A DNA stretch of 64,000 bases from a virus (Duplodnaviria > Caudoviricetes): positions 192,001 through 256,000 of IMG/VR virus record IMGVR_UViG_3300028048_000039; one strand, 5' to 3'. The translations under genes and the position numbers were made by a program. The notes below the pieces were generated by a model, which was not told where the DNA came from, searched no databases, and saw only the letters and a program-made list of their open reading frames with translations. Of this stretch, positions 48,682-59,047 are shown piece after piece (the first letter of the stretch is position 1; each line of letters starts with the position of its first letter).

Positions 48682-50241
48682 ATGACTGAAAATAACGAAT
48701 TGAAAAATTATGACTTCATCGAAGGTACCGAGTTTGATGGACTCATGCCAGAAGCGATGAAGACCGCCCCAGGTACTATTGGTAAATCTGACGTTGGCGT
48801 ACATTTCTTCTTTGGCGGTCATAGAGGTGCTGATTCAATGGAAGCAATAGATATTGAGGCATTCTATGGTGATAACCCAGGTCCAGAGCCAACTCCAGGT
48901 CCAGAACCAGCACCAGAGCCAACCCCAAATACCCCTGAGCAGCAAGAAACAGCCAACAATATTGCTGACGCTGCTGCTGGTGGAAGTGGTTATACCGCAG
49001 GAGAAGGTGAAACAATTAACAATTTCACAATTCCAGCAGAAGCGCCTAAGACCACGACAGTGACTGGTCCAATTCAGAGTGGTGCAACCATTACAAATAA
49101 TAGTTCTAAGGGCTTAACTCTTATTAATACAAGCGAAGAACCAACTACAATCGTTGTTGATTCTCCAAATGCAGTTATCTATCCAAGAGGAGAATATGAA
49201 GATATCTATGTAACTGGTAAGGGAATTAGTGCAGCATCTGGCCAATATGCACAGTTACACGGTGACGTAAACATCGAGCCTGAGACAACAGGAAACGTAA
49301 GCGTGTCCGTAAGTTTCGTTGGTGACGAACCTCAGCAGATTAACTATGCTGGCACTAACACTGTTGATATCTCTAATGCAAACACTACAGAGACATCTCA
49401 GGTTGAGATAAACGCACCTAACGGAAGTGTTAAGATTGGTGGCAAGTATGATGAGGTTACCGCAAGTGTTTCAGATAACACCTTAGAGTTAAAGAATGGC
49501 TTCCATGCTAAGAAACTCGTTGTTAAGAAAGGACGTGTTATCTTCAATGGCATTGATGTTAATGACTTCGCAAACGAAATCGAGTTAGCAGAAGGTGTCG
49601 TAATGGAACCTGTAAGTTATGAGATTACCAATGCTTCAATCGCTGGCTTCTCAAAGAATGGTGTTTCAAACGTTGTCGAGGACGTAGTAAGCAACAGTAG
49701 AGTTGGTTTCGGAATGTTTGCTAATGGTAAGTACAGATATAACCTTAACGGACACAGCGTCTCATTGAAGGGTGGTAACGTAGCAGCAATGCTCCTTAGA
49801 GGTAACAGCCCTTACATCGAGATAAATGGTCCTGGTAAGATTGTTGAGTCAAGTGGAACCTATGGAATATGGGCTTCTAAGACTGGTACAACCGTTGTTA
49901 TCAATGGTGGCGATTATGAAGCATACACTCACGTTCTCTATGCTGAGTATGGTACTATCATAGTAAACGGTGGCTCATTCAAGATGCTTGATGAGAACCC
50001 AGAACTCGACCCTAAGGGACACTGCAAGTTCCTTCTTAACTGTCTTGACGCAAATTATCAGAGTGGAGACGCAAAGATAATTGTACGTGGTGGTAAGTTC
50101 TATAACTACAACCCTGCTGAATCATACAGTGAGCCAGGTGGACCTGTAAGTTTCGTAGATGCAGGATACAAGGTAATTGATTCAGTTGAAGATGGCGTTC
50201 CTGTATTCACAGTAGTTCCAGATAATGGTGAAGGCGAATAA
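48682..50241 (+). CDS. Putative virion structural/decoration protein with PE linker and beta-helix-like repeats
   Basis: PGPEPTPGPEPAPEP linker, Thr/Gly-rich, repeated INGG/VNGG/VRGG; late motif. Confidence 0.7.
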   Translation: MTENNELKNYDFIEGTEFDGLMPEAMKTAPGTIGKSDVGVHFFFGGHRGADSMEAIDIEAFYGDNPGPEPTPGPEPAPEPTPNTPEQQETANNIADAAAGGSGYTAGEGETINNFTIPAEAPKTTTVTGPIQSGATITNNSSKGLTLINTSEEPTTIVVDSPNAVIYPRGEYEDIYVTGKGISAASGQYAQLHGDVNIEPETTGNVSVSVSFVGDEPQQINYAGTNTVDISNANTTETSQVEINAPNGSVKIGGKYDEVTASVSDNTLELKNGFHAKKLVVKKGRVIFNGIDVNDFANEIELAEGVVMEPVSYEITNASIAGFSKNGVSNVVEDVVSNSRVGFGMFANGKYRYNLNGHSVSLKGGNVAAMLLRGNSPYIEINGPGKIVESSGTYGIWASKTGTTVVINGGDYEAYTHVLYAEYGTIIVNGGSFKMLDENPELDPKGHCKFLLNCLDANYQSGDAKIIVRGGKFYNYNPAESYSEPGGPVSFVDAGYKVIDSVEDGVPVFTVVPDNGEGE

Positions 50242-50278
50242 AAATAACGAATAATAACAAGAATAAAAATATAAGACA

Positions 50279-50518
50279 ATGAATACCGATTTAAGAAATT
50301 ATGATTTTGTTGAGGGCACTGAATTTACAGCCCTTATGCCAAAAGTTCTTGAGCAGGCACCAGGAACCGTAGGACTTCCTGAATCAGCAGTAGCCGTACC
50401 TTACATGGGAATGAAGGTTAATGGTAACGAGCCAATGGAGGTTGTTGATGTTGAGAAGTTCTTCGAAGGTGAAGGTGGAAATGAAGGCGGAGAAGGTGGT
50501 AACACTGACGAGCCATAA
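50279..50518 (+). CDS. Small paralog of the N-terminus of 48682-50241
   Basis: L.NYDF.EGTEF..LMP.....APGT.G shared; terminator hairpin at about 50543-50570. Confidence 0.75.
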   Translation: MNTDLRNYDFVEGTEFTALMPKVLEQAPGTVGLPESAVAVPYMGMKVNGNEPMEVVDVEKFFEGEGGNEGGEGGNTDEP

Positions 50519-50639
50519 TAAGAATACGATTTCTTAGAATGAAATCCCCGATGGAAAACCATTGGGGATTTTTCTTTTAATGAGAAAGCCGCTTTTTTCA
50601 TTTGAAAAACTATTTATGAAATAGTATAAATGTGTACTT

Positions 50640-53600
50640 ATGAAAGCAAAAAAACTGAGCAGGCAACATATTATTAAAGAGTCTCGTGAAGGGAAGAACA
50701 TAGCAAAAGCAAGGCATTATCTCGAATCTAATGGGTTAAGCAGAAGGGAATCTTGGGAAAAGGTTGATGATATTCGTACAAAGATACCTAACGTGAGAGG
50801 CGCACAATGTAAATTCCTTATCGGCGTTGCAAGATTATATATTAATGGTGAATTGGAAGACAGCATGGTTGTTTCTAATCTTAATAAAACACTTAAATAT
50901 GTAACTTCTGAAGCTCATGTTAATGAATATGATGAAAATCTGAATGGCATGTCTGCCAAGGACCTTATTGAACGTTTTAAGGGTGTTGCCGCTTCAGACC
51001 TGGATGCTGAAATCGAAAAAAGTAATGCAAGAAATTTAACTAGAAACGAGGATTACGTCATCATTCCAATTGACACCCCAGAAGAGGCTGTAAAATATAG
51101 AAAATACACAAGCTGGTGCGTAACTCGTTCTTCAAATATGTATAATAACTATACATCTGATGGCCTTGGAAGATTTTACTTCTGTCTCAGAAAAGGATTT
51201 GAAAACGAGCCAAAAGCAAGGGGTGATGGCTGCCCACTTGATAGTTATGGCCTTTCAATGATAGCTGTTTCCATAAACATGGATGGTAGCGTTAATACGA
51301 TTACTTGCCGTTGGAACCATGACAATGGTGGAAATGACAATATTATGACCGTTGAACAGCTTGAGGATATCCTAGGATTAAATTTCTACCAAACATTTAA
51401 GCCTTATTCAAGGGAAGAACTTCACGCAAAAGGTGTTATCTTTTTTGATGAAGTACAAGGACTTCTCGATTCCGGAAAGAAACCTAAAGATATTTTTGAT
51501 TGGGCTGGTTATTTCTATAATGGATTTGCATGTGTGCAATTAAATAGAAAATGGAATTTCTTAGACACTGAAGGAAAGCTCCTTAGCAATGTCTGGTTTG
51601 ATTGGGTTGGTGATTTCAACAAGGATGGATTTGCAAAGGTAGAATTAAATGGAAATTGGAATTTCTTAGACACTGAAGGAAAAATCATTAGTGATAAGTG
51701 GTTTAATTTGGCTGGTGATTTCTATAATAGAGTTGCAAGGGTTAAATTAAATGAAAAATGGAATCTCATAAACACCGAAGGAAAATTCATTAGTGATACA
51801 TGGTTTGAATGGATTGGTGAATTCCTTAAAGGACTTGCATGTGTGGTATTAAATAATAAATACAATTTTATAAACACCGAAGGAAAACCTATTAGTGATA
51901 CATGGTATAATAGTGCTGCTGATTTCCATGAAGGATATGCAATTGTAGGATTAAATGAAAAATATAATTTTATAAACTCCGAAGGAAAGCTCATTAGTGA
52001 TACGTGGTTTGATAGAGCTTGGGCTTTCCAGGATGGGTTTGCACTGGTGGAATTAAATGGAAAATGTAATTACATAAACACTGAAGGAAAGCTCATTAGT
52101 GATACGTGGTTTGATAGAGTTTGGGCTTTCCAGGATGGGTTTGCAGTTGTAGGATTAAATGGAAAATGTAATTACATAAACACTGAAGGAAAACTCCTTA
52201 GTGATACGTGGTTTAATTTGGCTGCTGATTTCCATGAAGGATATGCACAGGTGAGATTAAATGGGAAATTGTGTAAATTAGATAAGGAAGGAAATTTATA
52301 TGATTATTTTACAGGAGAATTAGTGAAAAAAGCAACTCTCCAAGAAAGCCATAAGACACTTTATATAACTGAAACACAACTTTCTGAAATAAAGAAAAGG
52401 CATAAGAAGAAAAAGAAAGACTGTTCTGCAATGGCACAAGTACATAATAAAGTAAATGCAGGAATTATGGATGGAATTACCTGTGGAGGAATGATGGAAG
52501 CCGCCGAACCAGAATCAAATGAATATAAAATTGGTAGTGAAGGTGGAAATAACGAATATTTCCATGCAATCAATGAAAGCCCAGAAGTTGTAAATGTATC
52601 TGGTTATGATTTATCATTCCAAAGCAAAGACTCCCACACATTCTTATGTATAGATGGTTATAATGATGTCTTTGTTTCAGATGGCCCTATAACCCACGGT
52701 GACTTTGTTGAAGAACTCCTTGATAGCGGTAAATTACCGGAAGAGGTATATGACATTATTATTGACAATGGAATAAAAATCCCTTACAATAATAAGAAAA
52801 CTGGACGTTATTGGGAAGAAGAGAATATACTGTCATTTTGGAAAACACCGTTGAAAAAGGCCGATAGAAACAACATCTTAGATGTCATTGATGCATTGAG
52901 GGAAAAATTAGAGGTTGATACAAATACTTTACTAATTGAATATTGGGATAATACGATTAAATCAATGTTGGTACCATATGCTTGGTTTTTCAATAACACA
53001 TTAGATATTTATATTGATAGACTGCGTGACCTTAGACCAATAGATAAAAATAGAACACTCTTTATGATGAAGTTAGATAATGGGGTGTGGTGCATAAATA
53101 GAACTGGTAGTGAGATTGAAGAGTTTAGTAAAATGAATATGATGGCGATTAGGGAAAATAAGATGTTAAATGAGGGTCTTTCCTCAAAGGACTATGACTT
53201 TAAGAAAGATTTTAAATCAATCCTAAAGTTCATGAGAAAGGAAGGACTCAAGGTTTATCCATACCCTAAGGTAAAGCTTAATTGGGAAGACCAAGATGGT
53301 TTATTCATTAGAACTGGTTACTATCTCCCTGATGAAAAGACCGTTGTCATATTCTGTAAGGACAGACACCCAAAGGACATTCTTCGTTCATTCTGCCATG
53401 AAATGATACATCACATGCAAAACCTTGAAGGAAAGGACCTTAACTTTACAACAACCAATGTAAAGGACGATGGTCGCTTGGAGAAAATTGAAAGCGAGGC
53501 ATACGTTAAAGGTAATATCTATTTTAGGAAATGGACGGAACATAAGAACAAGAAGGAGATGCTTAACGAAGGAAGAAAGAATAAAGTAGTAAAGAATGAT

Positions 53601-56600
53601 GAAGGTGAAGTTGTTCCTGAAAAGTGTGATAAATGTGGCGGTGAGGTGGTTTTACAAATACATGGCGAGCCAATATACTTATGCCGTAAGTGCAAAAAAT
53701 ACTTTGGCACAATGCCATTCCCCGAAAATCTTAATGAGGAACTTGAAACTGAGATAAGTTCTGATGAGGTTGACCTTTCATCATTTAACATTAAACACAA
53801 CCTAAATCCTAAATTCTGGAAAGATGGTCACCTTGACTCAAGAATAAGACTGAAGCTTCTTGACATTTCCGATGACTTTATTGATACACTTAACGTTGAT
53901 TGGGTAAAACCGGTAGATACAATCATTACTGGCTCAATAGCAAATTTCAACTGGCATAAAGACTATTCTGACATTGACCTGCACGTACTCTATGACTTCT
54001 CTGAGATTGATGAGAATACTGACTTTGTAAAGGAATACTTTGATTCAAAGAAGAAGCTTTGGAACGAGGAACATGAGGACCTTAACGTCTATGGTTTTCC
54101 TGTTGAGGTATATGTACAGGACGTTAATGAGAAGCATGCTTCCTCTGGCGTCTATTCACTTGATAAGAATGAATGGATTACCAAGCCAGAACGTGATAAA
54201 CTTGCTAAATCCAAGATAAATAAGGAATATATTAAGGAAAAGGTTGCTCACTACGTAAATCTCATTGATATCTTAAAGTCTGATTACGAAAAAGCAAATG
54301 GTGACGAATATAAGATAAGGAAGACAAGTGAGAGAGCAGAAAAACTCTTTAAGAAGATAAAGTCTGAAAGGACAAATGAATTTGATAAGGGTAAGGGAGA
54401 GATTTCCAATGGTAACATCATCTTCAAGACATTAAGGAGAATGGACTACATTGGTGACTTGTTAGACCTAAGGAGAAAGTGCTATGACAGTCTTAATTCA
54501 ATAAATGAAGGGAAGCTCTTGACCGAGAACACACAGTCAAAGGCAAAGGAAAGGACACTTAAGGTTATCCGTGACTTCTTTGAAAACTCTCCATTTCTTG
54601 ATGCTGAATTGGGTACTGAACAGGAAAGCAAACTTTACATAATGCAAATTCTTCGTAACTTTGAAGACGTCTTCTATCATGGGGAGATTAAGGACAGTAA
54701 AGTTAGAAGGCTTGAACCAATGATTGCATTGATAGCATTGAAAGCTGGGTTTGGAAGCCCTCTTGTCGATAGGAAGAAGATAGATAGGCTTAGGGAAATA
54801 CTCAATTATATCTACATTGCAGATATGAAGGGAATAATTAATGCTTCAAATATCTCCTTAGACACTACATTTGAACAACTTGAAAATCAATTTGGGAAGG
54901 CAATAGACTCTGAATCCGCTGAGGAAAAAGAAGTCAGGAAAAAACAACAATTCGCAATAAGAAATGATTATAAGGTAGTTCAGATAAAGAACTTTAAAGA
55001 GGCAAACAAGTACGGAAATCACTCTTGTCCAGAATCTAAGCTTTGTTATACACAAGGTGAGCATACTTGGAATAACTATACCAACAATGGTCGAAATAGT
55101 GCATACGTAATTCTAAAGGATGGGTGGGAAAACATTGAGCCAGTACATGATGACAGAAGCAACTCTCCTTATGATACTTATGGCCTTTCAATGATATTTG
55201 TATTTGTTGCTCCAAATGGAAGGATAGCATACTCTAATACGAGGTGGAATCATAAGGCAGACTACGGAAAATTCCACAAGACTTGTGACCAAGCATTTAA
55301 TGAAGGTGAAATAAGCAAACTAATAGGAGTTAACTTTGAAGATGTCTTTAAGCCCGCCAATTTAAGTAGTTATATAACAGTTAAAGAAATACAGAAAAAG
55401 ATTGATAATGGTGCAAAAATAAGTGATTATCTTTACATCTCAGAAGAAAGATTTGGTAAAAGATATTGTACTGTTAGACTTATAGTGGAAGGTGAACATG
55501 AGTGGGCCCCTGGTTATTCTAATATTTTTGACAAGGAAGAGAAAAAGTTGTTGTTTGATGATTGGCTTTATAGTGCCTATGGCGTTATGCAAAATAGATA
55601 TATTGTGGTTAAGGCCGATAATGAACATTATAATATATTTGACCCAAAAAACGGTATACTTATGTTTAAGTTTTGGGTAGAACAAATGGATTATGTCGGT
55701 GCTAACAATTTACTTGGAATAAAATTATCTGGAAAATTTAATATTCTAAATCTTTTAACCGGTAATTTTATAAGTAAACAGTGGTTCGATAATGAATACA
55801 TTAATAGCTTCTATGATGGTTTATTAAAGGTAAAGTTAAATAATAAGGAAAACTTTATAAATGAACAAGGAAAATTATTCTCAGAACAATGGTTTGATGA
55901 AATTCATGGTATCTTTTATCACAATAATGTTGTTTCAGTTAAATTGAACAAGAAGTGGAATTTTATGGATAAAAACGGCAAATGTTTGTCTGAAACATGG
56001 TTTAATAGTGTAGATAAATGGGATATTCATGGTTTTAGAAGGGTTAAACTAAAAGAAAAAGGATTCAATTTCTTCAATTGTGAAACAAGAGAACTCATTT
56101 CAAAACAATGGTTTGACAAGGTTTACGCATTTAAGGCAAATGGCCTTGCTCAAGTAGTGAAAAATGGAAAATATAATTTACTTAGAAGAAACGGAACGCT
56201 CGTGTCAAACGATTGGTACGATTATATGGGAGAACGTAAGGGAAATATCTTTGTTAAAAAGAACGGAAAGTATAATATTATTAATGATAATAACGAATTA
56301 TTATTTGATGAGTGGTTTGCATCAATTACAATTATAACTAAGACACTTATTGCCCTTTATGATGTTAATACTTGGAGTGACAGCCATTGTAAATTATTTG
56401 ATAAGGCCACAAATCAGATTGTTGGTGAATATGATTATGTTTCCCCATGGAAGATGAATGGGGCTTACTATGTAAAAAAAGGCAATAGATACAACATCAT
56501 CGACGGAAAAGGAAAACTCTTATCAAAGGTTTGGTTTGATAAATATAATGATTATTACAAAGAAGGGAAAAATATATCTATTAAGATAAACAATGAATGG

Positions 56601-56639
56601 TATAGACTCGATAAAGATGGAAATATTATAAGAAATTAA
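50640..56639 (+). CDS. Giant polyvalent virion (poly)protein: two Cys/RWNH domains, WG-type repeats, HExxH zincin, Zn ribbon, Pol-beta nucleotidyltransferase
   Basis: SWCVT..CRWNH; 37-aa repeats; CHEMIHH; CDKC..CRKC; TGSIAN..SDIDLH..VEVYVQD; LCYTQ..TRWNH; modules separated by xxE sites. Confidence 0.85.
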   Translation: MKAKKLSRQHIIKESREGKNIAKARHYLESNGLSRRESWEKVDDIRTKIPNVRGAQCKFLIGVARLYINGELEDSMVVSNLNKTLKYVTSEAHVNEYDENLNGMSAKDLIERFKGVAASDLDAEIEKSNARNLTRNEDYVIIPIDTPEEAVKYRKYTSWCVTRSSNMYNNYTSDGLGRFYFCLRKGFENEPKARGDGCPLDSYGLSMIAVSINMDGSVNTITCRWNHDNGGNDNIMTVEQLEDILGLNFYQTFKPYSREELHAKGVIFFDEVQGLLDSGKKPKDIFDWAGYFYNGFACVQLNRKWNFLDTEGKLLSNVWFDWVGDFNKDGFAKVELNGNWNFLDTEGKIISDKWFNLAGDFYNRVARVKLNEKWNLINTEGKFISDTWFEWIGEFLKGLACVVLNNKYNFINTEGKPISDTWYNSAADFHEGYAIVGLNEKYNFINSEGKLISDTWFDRAWAFQDGFALVELNGKCNYINTEGKLISDTWFDRVWAFQDGFAVVGLNGKCNYINTEGKLLSDTWFNLAADFHEGYAQVRLNGKLCKLDKEGNLYDYFTGELVKKATLQESHKTLYITETQLSEIKKRHKKKKKDCSAMAQVHNKVNAGIMDGITCGGMMEAAEPESNEYKIGSEGGNNEYFHAINESPEVVNVSGYDLSFQSKDSHTFLCIDGYNDVFVSDGPITHGDFVEELLDSGKLPEEVYDIIIDNGIKIPYNNKKTGRYWEEENILSFWKTPLKKADRNNILDVIDALREKLEVDTNTLLIEYWDNTIKSMLVPYAWFFNNTLDIYIDRLRDLRPIDKNRTLFMMKLDNGVWCINRTGSEIEEFSKMNMMAIRENKMLNEGLSSKDYDFKKDFKSILKFMRKEGLKVYPYPKVKLNWEDQDGLFIRTGYYLPDEKTVVIFCKDRHPKDILRSFCHEMIHHMQNLEGKDLNFTTTNVKDDGRLEKIESEAYVKGNIYFRKWTEHKNKKEMLNEGRKNKVVKNDEGEVVPEKCDKCGGEVVLQIHGEPIYLCRKCKKYFGTMPFPENLNEELETEISSDEVDLSSFNIKHNLNPKFWKDGHLDSRIRLKLLDISDDFIDTLNVDWVKPVDTIITGSIANFNWHKDYSDIDLHVLYDFSEIDENTDFVKEYFDSKKKLWNEEHEDLNVYGFPVEVYVQDVNEKHASSGVYSLDKNEWITKPERDKLAKSKINKEYIKEKVAHYVNLIDILKSDYEKANGDEYKIRKTSERAEKLFKKIKSERTNEFDKGKGEISNGNIIFKTLRRMDYIGDLLDLRRKCYDSLNSINEGKLLTENTQSKAKERTLKVIRDFFENSPFLDAELGTEQESKLYIMQILRNFEDVFYHGEIKDSKVRRLEPMIALIALKAGFGSPLVDRKKIDRLREILNYIYIADMKGIINASNISLDTTFEQLENQFGKAIDSESAEEKEVRKKQQFAIRNDYKVVQIKNFKEANKYGNHSCPESKLCYTQGEHTWNNYTNNGRNSAYVILKDGWENIEPVHDDRSNSPYDTYGLSMIFVFVAPNGRIAYSNTRWNHKADYGKFHKTCDQAFNEGEISKLIGVNFEDVFKPANLSSYITVKEIQKKIDNGAKISDYLYISEERFGKRYCTVRLIVEGEHEWAPGYSNIFDKEEKKLLFDDWLYSAYGVMQNRYIVVKADNEHYNIFDPKNGILMFKFWVEQMDYVGANNLLGIKLSGKFNILNLLTGNFISKQWFDNEYINSFYDGLLKVKLNNKENFINEQGKLFSEQWFDEIHGIFYHNNVVSVKLNKKWNFMDKNGKCLSETWFNSVDKWDIHGFRRVKLKEKGFNFFNCETRELISKQWFDKVYAFKANGLAQVVKNGKYNLLRRNGTLVSNDWYDYMGERKGNIFVKKNGKYNIINDNNELLFDEWFASITIITKTLIALYDVNTWSDSHCKLFDKATNQIVGEYDYVSPWKMNGAYYVKKGNRYNIIDGKGKLLSKVWFDKYNDYYKEGKNISIKINNEWYRLDKDGNIIRN
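51490..52290 (+). repeat. Intragenic tandem repeat, about 111-nt (37-aa) unit, about 7 copies
   Basis: K(W/Y/C)N(F/Y)INTEGK.ISDTWF...F..G.A.V.LN; two units near 51980-52200 are almost identical at the DNA level. Confidence 0.85.
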
Positions 56640-56732
56640 GCAATATAATGATTTTTGGTGATTTTTTCACTTTTCTATACTATTTATTAAAAAAATATTG
56701 AAAATAATTTTATTACAAAAAAATAAAAGAAT

Positions 56733-58451
56733 ATGGCAAGTTTCAATGAAACTCTAGAAAGAATGAAGGCTCTCTACACCTATGGTAATGAGGTAAATGA
56801 GAACAAAAACGTGAGTACACATTCACTTGAATATCATACTATAGGTGCTGATGGTAAGGCTTATGGTATTATAAGAGAGAACAATAAGTACTATATCAAG
56901 ACCGCTCCTAAGAACAAGGAGATGATTGCTGAGGCTTACGATTATATCGGTGGCTTCAATAATAAGTCTGACTATGAATACAAGAGCTATTCAAATGCCT
57001 TTAAGAATATTGCACTTAAGATGGCTTCAGTCAATGAGGCTTGTGAGGCTAATGTGAATATCACTACTTTGGACCCATTCAAGAAGAATGAGTTCCTTGT
57101 AGAGGGTACTGAGGCTATGAAGAATGAGATTGCACGTCAGCGTCAAATTATGTACAACACTTCAATGCTTATGAACGAGGCAACTGAGATAGGTGCTGCT
57201 CGTAAGCCTAGCGGAGTTGTTATGTTTGACGGAAAACAGCCAGAGGCTGAAACCGGAAAGAAGGGTGACGAGGGTTACAAGAAGACCAACGCAGCACCTG
57301 ACTACAAGGGCTCAAAGACTGGTGGTGTTAAGAAGAATGCAGTTCCATTTGAGAAAGGCGCAAAGGTAAATGAAGCTTGCGATGCTGCTGGATGCGACCG
57401 TGAAAAGAAGGACTGGGGTTCAGTAGGAATTGGTAAGGGTGAAGACCCTAAGACCGTTGGTTGGGACATGGAAGGACAAACTAAGGTAAACGAAGGCGAA
57501 GCATGCCCTAAGTGCGGTTGCGAACCTTGCAAGTGTGAAAAAGTGAATGAAAATGAAGATTGGGCTTCTCAGGGACTTCCTTCAACCCCTGGAGTTGGTG
57601 AGGCAGATACTGACCATAACAACGACCCATTCAACAAGGCTATCAATGAGGATGACTTCGACGATGAATTGAATTCAGACCCAGAGGATGGCGAATTTGA
57701 GGATACTGATGACTTTGATACTGATGAGCCAGATGTAGAAGGTGACGCTGAATTTGAGCTTTCTTCTGATGATGAGGAAAAACCAGAAATGGACGACATT
57801 GATGATGAGGAAGATTTCCCAGAGGATGATGAGGAACCTGAAATGGATGATGACCTCGAAGACGAGGATGACCTTGATGACGAAGATTTTGAGGATGAGC
57901 CAGAAATGGATGATGACCTCGAAGGTAGCGAAGACCTCGAAGGTAGCGAAGACTTCGAAGATGAGGATGACTTTGACGTAGAGGACGACTTTGAAGACGA
58001 CGAAGAAGATTTCGACGATGACGAAGACATTGATGCAGAAGGCGAAATTGATGACGAGCCAGAGAGTGACTTCCCCGAAGATGATGAGGAAATGGATAAT
58101 GAACTTGATTCAGAAAACGATTTCCCTGAAGATGATGAGAAAGAAGAACTTAATGAAGCTAAGAGACGCCTTATGGAAAAGACCGTTAAGAGCGTTACTT
58201 CCAAGATACTCAAGGAAGACGAGCTTCACGTGTTTGGAAAGCACCCAGGATATCGCAAGAAACCTATGGAGCTTCCTTCAACTGGTGAGGACAAGAATCA
58301 GTGGGGTGAAGATTGGAATGACGAAAGTGCACATTCCGAAGAGCCATTTGGAAGCAAGATTGGCGATGGTAACCCATTTAACGTATTAGTTAATTCAATT
58401 ACTAAGAACGTTATGAACAAGCTTATGGAAGGTAAAAAAAAAGTGAAATAA
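56733..58451 (+). CDS. Acidic prohead core/internal protein
   Basis: YGIIRENNKYYIK domain, repeated VNE/INE/LNE sites, long D/E tract; in the head-assembly cluster. Confidence 0.8.
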   Translation: MASFNETLERMKALYTYGNEVNENKNVSTHSLEYHTIGADGKAYGIIRENNKYYIKTAPKNKEMIAEAYDYIGGFNNKSDYEYKSYSNAFKNIALKMASVNEACEANVNITTLDPFKKNEFLVEGTEAMKNEIARQRQIMYNTSMLMNEATEIGAARKPSGVVMFDGKQPEAETGKKGDEGYKKTNAAPDYKGSKTGGVKKNAVPFEKGAKVNEACDAAGCDREKKDWGSVGIGKGEDPKTVGWDMEGQTKVNEGEACPKCGCEPCKCEKVNENEDWASQGLPSTPGVGEADTDHNNDPFNKAINEDDFDDELNSDPEDGEFEDTDDFDTDEPDVEGDAEFELSSDDEEKPEMDDIDDEEDFPEDDEEPEMDDDLEDEDDLDDEDFEDEPEMDDDLEGSEDLEGSEDFEDEDDFDVEDDFEDDEEDFDDDEDIDAEGEIDDEPESDFPEDDEEMDNELDSENDFPEDDEKEELNEAKRRLMEKTVKSVTSKILKEDELHVFGKHPGYRKKPMELPSTGEDKNQWGEDWNDESAHSEEPFGSKIGDGNPFNVLVNSITKNVMNKLMEGKKKVK

Positions 58452-59047
58452 GCGAGAAGAAAGTCATAAAGATTCCGAAGAAAAAAGCATCAACGGAGGG
58501 TCCAGATAATGCACCTTCTGCTGATGCTTCTTCTTTACCTCCAGAGGACTCAAATATGGGTGGTAATGACCCAGCAATGAACCCAGAACCACCAATGAAT
58601 GACGATGGAATGGATAATCCTGCACCAGCAGATGATGGAATGAACAACTCTGCCCCAATGGACGGCGGAATGAATAACGAACCGCCAATGGATGAACCTA
58701 TGGGTGATGAACCTATGAATGATAACCCAGAAATGGGTGGTGGTGAAGGTGACGACAGCACAATGTCAATCATTAATCAGCTTAGCCCTAAGGATAAAGA
58801 GGCTGTTCGTGCTTATGCTGAGAGTATGCTTTCAAGAGATGAAAGTCAGAATGGCATTGGTGATGAACCAATACAGGAGTCATTTATTTTTACAAAGAAA
58901 CAACTTGCCCATATAAACGAGAATTTTGGGCCAATGGCAGATGAACTTAATGATAAAGAAAAAAACGTTAGGCGGATGCCCGCAAAGAAGGAGAAGGGAA
59001 AGCTTAGTAATAAGTCACCATTTTCTTCACCAAAATTCAAAAAATAA
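58436..59047 (+). CDS. -1 frame extension of the upstream gene (track ORF starts at ATG 58556)
   Basis: Frame is open from the A9 run at 58434-58442; Pro/Met/Asp-rich linker, FTKKQL..INE tag, KSPF end. Confidence 0.65.
   Translation, partial: KKSEISEKKVIKIPKKKASTEGPDNAPSADASSLPPEDSNMGGNDPAMNPEPPMNDDGMDNPAPADDGMNNSAPMDGGMNNEPPMDEPMGDEPMNDNPEMGGGEGDDSTMSIINQLSPKDKEAVRAYAESMLSRDESQNGIGDEPIQESFIFTKKQLAHINENFGPMADELNDKEKNVRRMPAKKEKGKLSNKSPFSSPKFKK

Noticed and set aside
17912-56639. Diversity-generating retroelement acting on LRR or WG repeats
   Set aside because: No reverse transcriptase and no template/variable repeat pair with adenine-specific mismatches seen in this window
46033-58773. Long antisense ORFs in the track (46033, 46645, 57569, 58423; likewise 34278, 10927, 12972)
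   Set aside because: Shadow frames opposite well-supported genes, Ser/Leu/Phe-rich from codon bias, with no promoters or motifs
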